Assembly (NCBI GenBank): GCA_964016885.1
Contig: OZ024742.1
Location: 19,282,001-19,346,000, forward strand
Length of the DNA stretch: 64,000 nt
Source: Eledone cirrhosa
Lineage: Eukaryota
Reading direction: 5' to 3'
The notes beneath the pieces were generated by a model. It was not told the origin of the DNA and searched no databases. It saw only the letters and a program-made list of their open reading frames with translations. Positions 56,504 through 64,000 of this stretch are shown here, in pieces; the first letter of the stretch is position 1, and each line of letters begins with the position of its first letter. A program made the translations under genes and the position numbers.

Positions 56504-58847
56504 TTTGAATGAACATCAGTCTTAATTGTTAATTATAGTGATGTTCATTAAATTGAAAATTACACATATCCACGAATATAATGTGTTTGTTAGGAAAGTG
56601 GAGAATAGGATATATTGTATTAAGTTGTGTAAGATATAACCAATAGTACAGCTTCTGATCAAACTCACTGGACAAATGTAAACAGGCCTTAATCCTTTTC
56701 TGGACAAAGGAAAACCGGAGATCGGCAGGTACGACCTCTGTCCTACTTAGGAGTAGGTTTAGGGTTACACTAACTCTTTGTAAACTACACACAGTGCTAT
56801 TTCTGTCTACAGACATATTGTATATATAGTATTTACTTACAAGGGGTTTCACAAACCTGGAAAATCAGCTTTGCATTAATATGGATCTGCTGGCAGTTAG
56901 GACAATTACTGAAGTATTGTTGCCTCAAATAATGTTTTCCATAATATATGTAAAAGATAATATTATGTATAATACACAAACTGATTATTGATATATACAT
57001 ATATACACATTCAAACACGATGACTGCGCTCTGATATCAAATCCTATATCGGCCAACTTTGTCTCTCATCTTGTGGGATGCATTAAGAGGGTACGTAAAC
57101 ATAATTCTGAGGGTGACATGATTGACCATTTGAATTACATATATAGTCAATCCGACATGGTTCCAAATAGTTTCCATTGACATAATGTCACTCAGAAGTC
57201 ATGAGACAACCTAAATAAAAACCTGCGGTCACGAATGGCTATGAGATTTGCACCTAGAAAGTTCCCCTCCGGGAAGTCTGGACAAGGTTGTTTGTGAAGG
57301 ACCAGCAGTCACCCATACATACCAGTCTCCCCTCTCCACTGCACCAATGTTGGCATCAGTGACGTCGCAACTCATTTCTACAGCTGAGTAAACTGGAGTA
57401 TCGTGAAATAAAATGTCTTGCTCAAGGACACAATGACTCACCCAGTCCGAGAATCGAACTCACAAGCTTTCGATTACGAGTCCAATGCTCTAACCACTAA
57501 GACATGTGCCTTCATTGAGTCAACCTAGTGTTATGGTAGATGACACTTGCCCAAGATGTCATGTTGTGAGATCGAACCCGTGTCATAATGATTGCGAAGA
57601 GAATCTCTTAACCATTCAGTCATTCTGCAACCAAAAGCAACCCCGTACACTATTGAAATAACTACCAAGGTAGCAAATGAGTAAGAGCCAATGATTAAGC
57701 AGATTTCAACCCACTTGTCACCTTTTCTTAACATCATATCATCAAATGCTTCTCTAAAATAACAGATATCCTTGGTAACTGAAGTCATTTCCTACGATAC
57801 CAGTAAGGGGAACACACACATATATATATATTATACAGCTGTATATATGTCTCTATTCTGCAGGTGATGTTTTGCATTTTGTTCTTCTTGCTCCATATAT
57901 ATATATATATATAATGTCTTCTAACACCTGCAAGTATAGGTGGTGTGTTTAATACGTCATCATTCCATTAACCATGTATAGGGCATTTGTAAGTAATGAG
58001 TTTGAACCAAATATTTCATATCTACTGTATGTTGTGAGGACACACAGCTATATCCACAAATACAGATTTATATAAACATATACAGACTTGAGAACCTTTA
58101 TGAAACAGATTTGTTTATAATGACCAGTGTTATTTTAAAACTAATCTTTAGAAATTTTCCTGACTTACATTTTATTTCAGCACCATTCCATCCCATGGAA
58201 ACCAGTTTGTCCAGAAATTATGTAGAACAACTTTCAATAATTTCCTATATATTTACTCCAAGATATCAAAACAGAAAATGTCACCTTTTTTGGATAAAGA
58301 ATTAACATGGATTAATAATATAAGTCTGGATCCTTGTTGATATTTGCTGGTCCTTCTAGATCCTTGCTGGTCCTTTCAGATCCTTGCTGGTCTTTCTTGA
58401 TCCCACCTGATCGTTCTTAATTCTTATTGGTTCTTGTTGACCTCAGTTGGTTTTTGAAAGTGGAACAGGTGAAATAGACGTATTTTTTCTTCGAAACCAA
58501 TCATCCTTTTCTCTCTCTCTAAATTTTTCATTCATATATATTTTTATTTGTTTGACCCGAATTTTCTTGGTCGTTTTTTTGGCTGTGCGAATGATTGTTT
58601 AAGCATCGTCTCAGTGTGTTGGTATTACACGTTAGTTATAGCTCTGGTTTATCCGAACCATTGAGCACATTGCCGCACATTTCGAAGATTGTTTTTTCGT
58701 TATTTCGTGGGCCGAAGTTCCGATTCTCGATAATTTATTTGTATATATATATTATATATATATCACGCTTTCTCTCCTTCTCTCCTTTCGCCTCTCTCTC
58801 TCCCTCCTCCCCCTCTGTCCATTCAGGCGTCTAGAACTGCATATATG

Positions 58848-58878
<31 letters not shown>

Positions 58879-59017
58879 ATGTATATATATGTGTGTGTGT
58901 ATATATATGTGTATATATATATGTGTGTATATATATGTGTGTGTATATATATATGTGTGTATATATATGTGTGTATATATATATGTGTGTATATATATAT
59001 GTGTATGTGTGTATATA

Positions 59018-59100
<83 letters not shown>

Positions 59101-60213
59101 ATGGGGAGGGGGACACAGATCACTGCGACAGTGAGAGTCTATTTGTTAGTTTGTGTGTTTTCAAAAACTTCATAAAAAAACAATTAAGTTATTTAAATTT
59201 AATAAAAACATATTTTCTGCATATTCGGCACCCGGTTAATGCCAAGTATCACATCTAATATTGATGGAAGCGAAGTGATTATAGAATCACTTCTTAAATA
59301 TATTTTCATCATAAGATTAATTCAGAACTATTTACTGGCTTTCATTCAGGTTTTCTTCCTCACCCTCCCCTTCCTGTATTATTTTCTTTATCTGATCTTT
59401 GTCTATTTTGCCAATATTTCTTTTTCTGTTTGTTTATATTCCTTGCCTCTTTTCTCTACACCGTATTATATAATGACAGGCCAATGTTGATATGAGATTT
59501 AAATGTTGATTTAAGAAAACAGCAACAATGCCAATTCAGCTAAATTCTTTGAAAAGAGTACTTAAATCGGTTGCTTTTTACACATTCAAAGAAGCAGACG
59601 ATAAATGAAGAGAAAAGTGATTTAGCGTGTAAGCAACACTTTTGCTGACAGCCATTTTGACTATATCTACCACTAGATTCACTCAATGTTGAATTCTAAC
59701 GTCAATTACATTAAGCTGACAGACACAATTGGTGCGACACTCTTACTTAACGTTTCACTCTATTCTTGTAGTTATCGACATCAAGTCTCGTTTATAAACT
59801 TAGAACATTTCTACTGAGGCCGATCTATGTGTAAGTAGGATATTTTTTTTAGATATGGTCTCTTGTGTAAAAGGGACATGTTTCTGCTAAGTAAACTACA
59901 TGTAGTGTCTCTCTTAACTTAGAATGTATGTCATGTGTTTGAACAAAATATGTAACTATGGGAGAAGATTTGAGTTAAGAAAAACACAGACAGGAAGAGA
60001 AAGTTGGTTTACAGAGCAGGAAAAATGCTGGGAGGGAAACAGAGTAAGAGAGACCATGTGTGAGACAGACAAACGACAGACGGACAGACAGCAGAATTTA
60101 CAGAAAATCATGGGAAACTTAAATAAAGAATGCAGAGAGGAAAAGGTAAGAAAGATCAAACCGAACACCCAGAGAAAAGATTGCATTCACACACTCGTGT
60201 GTAAATAAATATC

Positions 60214-60292
<79 letters not shown>

Positions 60293-60783
60293 ATACTTGG
60301 GGAGGGTCATATTTGTGTAATATTGCCAGAATTAATAACAGAACACACTCACTGTTTGGTTGGTTTTCGCTTTTCGCTTCTGTGTCTTTTATATCGGTAA
60401 TCTAACTTACTCAATGTCCTCAATGTTGCCATTGACTGACCGATGGTCAAAAATAATACAGATACAATATAGACACAAACACATATATATAGTTTATAAA
60501 AGTTCTTTCGTTGCACATCTGCAACATCGTCAGTGGTGCTATTGCTTCCTCCCGTTACATTGTATGTCTACGCCCTTTTTATTTAGTCTGTCTATATATT
60601 TATTTATTTATTTGTTTGTTTGTTTATTTTATTTTGTCTTCTTTGCGCATGCGTTTGCATGTGTGTATAGTGTTTTGTTTGATGTGTGTTCGTGATTGGG
60701 TGACTAGTGTGTGTTTATATGTGTTTGTTGTTATTGTGCTTGTGTATGTATTTATTTATTTATTTATCTATTTATTTATTTAT

Positions 60784-62235
60784 TTATACTTCTCTTAGGT
60801 CAGTGTTGTTTGTTTGGGTGTTGTTGTTATTCCATTCATTCTTTCTGTTTAGTCTTGGCCTTCTAAGTTCTATTTCACTGGCCTCTCTGATTTGCCTATC
60901 TGCTGGGTCATTTCTATGTTTAGATATTATTCTAATTTCTATGTTCTCTATGTTACCGTCGTGTTGTTGTCTGGCATATTCGTATAGTACTGACCCGTTT
61001 TTTCGTCCTTTTAGTTCCCCCCAGTGTTGGTCTATCCTTTCACCTATGCTACGAGCTGTCTCGCCTATGTATGTTGTTGTCATGTTTCTGCAAGTACCCT
61101 CTGTACATCTTATGCTATAGACTACGTTTCTAGTTTTACAGTTTATCAGGGGGTTTACCTTACATATGATACATTTCCTATTAGTACAGTGGGTTTTCTT
61201 AAAAGGGTAGGTTTTGCTGATCAGGGATTTTATGGTGGTTCCTGGCTTTTCTTCCACCTTAATCTTTAAGTGGGTCTTTCTCAGGGCTTTTCTACACTGG
61301 TTAGTTAATTTCCCTCCAGGGGTAGCGTCCACAAACATGACACTCTGGTATCTCTGGTTGTCGTACCATGAGGTGGCTTTCCCTATCTTATGTCTAGCCC
61401 TATCTAAGCTATTCCATGATTTGCTCCTGTATAATGGGCAAACTCCTTTCATGTCCAGTTCTATGAGGGTCTTATACTTCTCCATGACTCCTTCGTATAC
61501 TCTGACTCTGTCTCTTTGGTTGTAGCCAGAGAACTGCATGCGGTTGATGAAGTGTTGGATGTGTCTTTCCATTTCTGTTGGGTCGCACATGCGGGACACA
61601 TTCTTCATCACTCGTACCAAATCTGCGATCAGAATATTAAACTTAGCACTACTGGACATTGCTGAGTTTTTGAGTATCATGTATTTGGAGGCCATGGGTT
61701 TAGCATAGTGTGAGTGGAGAATTTGGGCTCTCTCGTCTATAGTGTTAATCCAGAGTTCCGTGTCTAATACAGGTAGTCTATTGTTAGGGTGTTTGGAAGG
61801 GAAGTCGATAGTTACAGTTATACTCTGGTGTATGGAATTAGCTATCTGTTGGATGCTTTCCATTGTGCTACGTTCTAAATCAAACTTGTTAGTGCTCTCT
61901 AGTGGGGGTGTTCTTATAGCTATATTGATATCGTCTACATAACGAGAGTACATGATGAGGTCTATGGAGCTCTCATTAAGGAGATCTTTAAGTCTCCTTT
62001 CCCACCATACCATGAAAAGGTTGACAACATCACCAGCTATGCTGACGCCAATGGCTGCTCCCTCATTTTGGGTGTAGATCTTCTCGTTGAACTTGAATAT
62101 GTGGCCCTTTAGGGTAGTTTTGATACTAGCCCCTATTGCATGTGCGACCATTTTTCTTACCTGATCATTGTTTTGGGGGGTCCGTATAGCTTTGGTCCAC
62201 CCAATCCACCTTCCCATGGGAGTCTTTTTTGCCAT
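60784..62235 (-). CDS. Penelope RT (C-terminal half) + Cys linker + GIY-YIG endonuclease
   Basis: QNEGAAIG, YSRYVDDI, LPVLD, CTNRKCIIC linker, NVVYSIRC...YIGETARSIGERIDQH, REASEI...PRLN. Confidence 0.93.
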   Translation of the reverse strand: MAKKTPMGRWIGWTKAIRTPQNNDQVRKMVAHAIGASIKTTLKGHIFKFNEKIYTQNEGAAIGVSIAGDVVNLFMVWWERRLKDLLNESSIDLIMYSRYVDDINIAIRTPPLESTNKFDLERSTMESIQQIANSIHQSITVTIDFPSKHPNNRLPVLDTELWINTIDERAQILHSHYAKPMASKYMILKNSAMSSSAKFNILIADLVRVMKNVSRMCDPTEMERHIQHFINRMQFSGYNQRDRVRVYEGVMEKYKTLIELDMKGVCPLYRSKSWNSLDRARHKIGKATSWYDNQRYQSVMFVDATPGGKLTNQCRKALRKTHLKIKVEEKPGTTIKSLISKTYPFKKTHCTNRKCIICKVNPLINCKTRNVVYSIRCTEGTCRNMTTTYIGETARSIGERIDQHWGELKGRKNGSVLYEYARQQHDGNIENIEIRIISKHRNDPADRQIREASEIELRRPRLNRKNEWNNNNTQTNNTDLREV

Positions 62236-62240
62236 TGAGG

Positions 62241-63962
62241 TTATGGTGGGGGGGGGGGGGGTCTACCTCTTATGGGTCTACTAGGGCAGAAACGTCTAAG
62301 GTCATGGCTGTCTAGGTAGTCAGTGTCGTAGGTAAGTCTAAGTAGGAGGCCCAGTTTGTCTGTGTCGACGTCGCAGAACTCCACCTCACTCTCAATGATC
62401 ATCTCCACACATTTTTCCACAGCAAAATCAATGTTAATGGATGGGTACAGTGATACCACATCCATGCTGCCTATTATGCAGTTGGATAGGTTCCTGTTTT
62501 TGTTGCACTCACTGATTCTGCTGAGGAGGTCCTCTCTACTGTCACATACATCTGGGGACATCTTGATTATGGGGCGTATAACCATTGAGAGGAAGTAGGA
62601 GATCCTGTAGTTGCTAGCTATATTAGCTCCGCATACGGGTCTTGTTGGTGGTCCTGTTGTCGGGTCGTCGACTGTCTTGTGGTCTTTGCGGAGCCCATAC
62701 AAGGGTGGTATGACATTGTTAGACGCCTGGAAGTTGTTGGCAGTGCGTCTGCTTGGCTTTAGGATGTCAGTCCACATCATCATGTGAGCGTTGAGGATTT
62801 TCTCTCTCCCATCATGTGTTTGCTGTGCAATTTCGCTCGTGTTGGTGATGTGGGGTTGCATAGCCTTGATGTAGTTCGGCATGCTATCTATTGACATCCA
62901 ACCAGACTTATCCGTGGGTAGACATACTACCTCACCATCCCTTGTGCGCTGCTTGAGGCTAACCAAGCCTTCTACAGGTTTCCTCCCAAGTTGTTGAGCC
63001 TCTGGTCTGCTCTGTCTCTTAGTATACCGGTCTACTATTTGTCTAATCTTATTTCTAGCTATGGTGAACTGTGCCTCTGTTTCGTCATCTATTTGTTGTG
63101 GTATGCAAACTCTTTTATTAAAGAGTAACCTCGTAGGATAGATATTACCCATCTTATATGTTTTGTCAGCTGGGTTGAAAAATAGTTTCTCTAAGGGGTT
63201 GTCATTATATCTATCGTCATAGTTGTGTGTGTTGCTATTATTGTTATCATGGTGGTTGTTGTTGTTCCTATCATTAGCATTATTATTATTGTTATGATTG
63301 CTAGATGTATTGTTGTTTACTTCACCGTTATTGTTGTTGTTACTGTTATTTCTACCATTGTGGTTGTTACTTTTATTATGTTTCTTGTTTTTGTTGTGCC
63401 TATCATTAATGTTGCTGCATGTATTATTTCCATTATTACCACTGTGGTTATTGTTGTTGTTGTTCGTATTGTTACCGTTATTACTACTGTGGTCGCTGCT
63501 GCTGTGTCTGTGGTTAATGTTTCTATTATTATTATTATTGTGGTTGTTGTTGTTGTTCTGTCTATCGTTAGTATTATTACCATTATTACTATTTCTCACT
63601 CTCCTGCTATTGTTATTGTTATGGCTGTTATTTCTATACTCAGAGTTATTGTTTATATTACTACTACCGTTATTATTGTTGTTGTTGTTTACTTTTGCAT
63701 TCCAACGTATTTTTGTGAAACACTTTTCCAGCTCCGTTTTGCACTCCATAGGGTTAATCTTTTTGTAGATGGCAAATTTGGGTGGTAGCTGCAGGATTTG
63801 TTGTTCTTGTTCACTGATTAAAGTGTTCCCATAAATATTTACTGTGTGGTCATTGGTAAATTCTTCCGGTAGTTTTACATCAGTCATACGGATATTGTTG
63901 ATGTTACCTGGGTATTTTTGAGAATATTCTATTTTCCTTTCTTGTAGTTTTTTCTTATTCAT
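62241..63962 (-). CDS. Penelope N-terminal/RT first half with in-frame Asn-rich insert
   Basis: LQLPPKFA, LPTDKSG, PPLYGLRKDHK, PTRPVC, GSMDVVSLYPSI; frame is open to the window edge; ends at the G-run frameshift at 62246-62261. Confidence 0.9.
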   Translation of the reverse strand: MNKKKLQERKIEYSQKYPGNINNIRMTDVKLPEEFTNDHTVNIYGNTLISEQEQQILQLPPKFAIYKKINPMECKTELEKCFTKIRWNAKVNNNNNNNGSSNINNNSEYRNNSHNNNNSRRVRNSNNGNNTNDRQNNNNNHNNNNNRNINHRHSSSDHSSNNGNNTNNNNNNHSGNNGNNTCSNINDRHNKNKKHNKSNNHNGRNNSNNNNNGEVNNNTSSNHNNNNNANDRNNNNHHDNNNSNTHNYDDRYNDNPLEKLFFNPADKTYKMGNIYPTRLLFNKRVCIPQQIDDETEAQFTIARNKIRQIVDRYTKRQSRPEAQQLGRKPVEGLVSLKQRTRDGEVVCLPTDKSGWMSIDSMPNYIKAMQPHITNTSEIAQQTHDGREKILNAHMMMWTDILKPSRRTANNFQASNNVIPPLYGLRKDHKTVDDPTTGPPTRPVCGANIASNYRISYFLSMVIRPIIKMSPDVCDSREDLLSRISECNKNRNLSNCIIGSMDVVSLYPSINIDFAVEKCVEMIIESEVEFCDVDTDKLGLLLRLTYDTDYLDSHDLRRFCPSRPIRGRPPPPPP

Positions 63963-64000
63963 CCATTCTATTTTCTTATTGAAATGCCTATTGCATTCGT

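Larger units (their letters stand above)
60288..64000 (-). mobile_element. Penelope-like retroelement (RT + C-terminal GIY-YIG), continues beyond the window
   Basis: Two ORFs joined by a homopolymer frameshift; putative 3' UTR ends at the (TA)n tract at 60216-60287. Confidence 0.9.

Noticed and set aside
63225-63788. Hydrophobic V/I/L-rich plus-strand ORFs
   Set aside because: Antisense shadow of the Asn-rich Penelope insert

Overview
This is an AT-rich, microsatellite-saturated animal genomic window with a 200-N gap at 11968-12167. The SINE types and (TA)n density suggest a cephalopod/Octopus-like genome (inference). No host gene is confidently identified, and almost all ORFs in the track are microsatellite artefacts. 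Real coding remnants are retroelements: a 5'-truncated CR1-group LINE (12492-15110), a Tx1/L1-type 3' fragment inside (TAGG)n, several RTE tails, a deleted Gypsy-like LTR element (28491-31221) and a near-intact Penelope-like element (RT + GIY-YIG, 60784 to window end). Two non-autonomous Helitrons, MITEs, many tRNA-SINEs and two satellites are also present. The main hidden signal is RNA-structural. More than 20 type I hammerhead ribozyme motifs of about 8 sequence families sit in short fold-back Penelope-type relics inserted in (TA)n/(CA)n and in a ~475-bp tandem array with one hammerhead per unit; they include U3-A8 and CCGA core variants. Downstream of the hammerheads, unrelated families share a covarying bulged hairpin (RCTC-stem-2 nt bulge-GAGY-RCTY) that I do not recognise as described. 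All structures were folded by eye and are untested.
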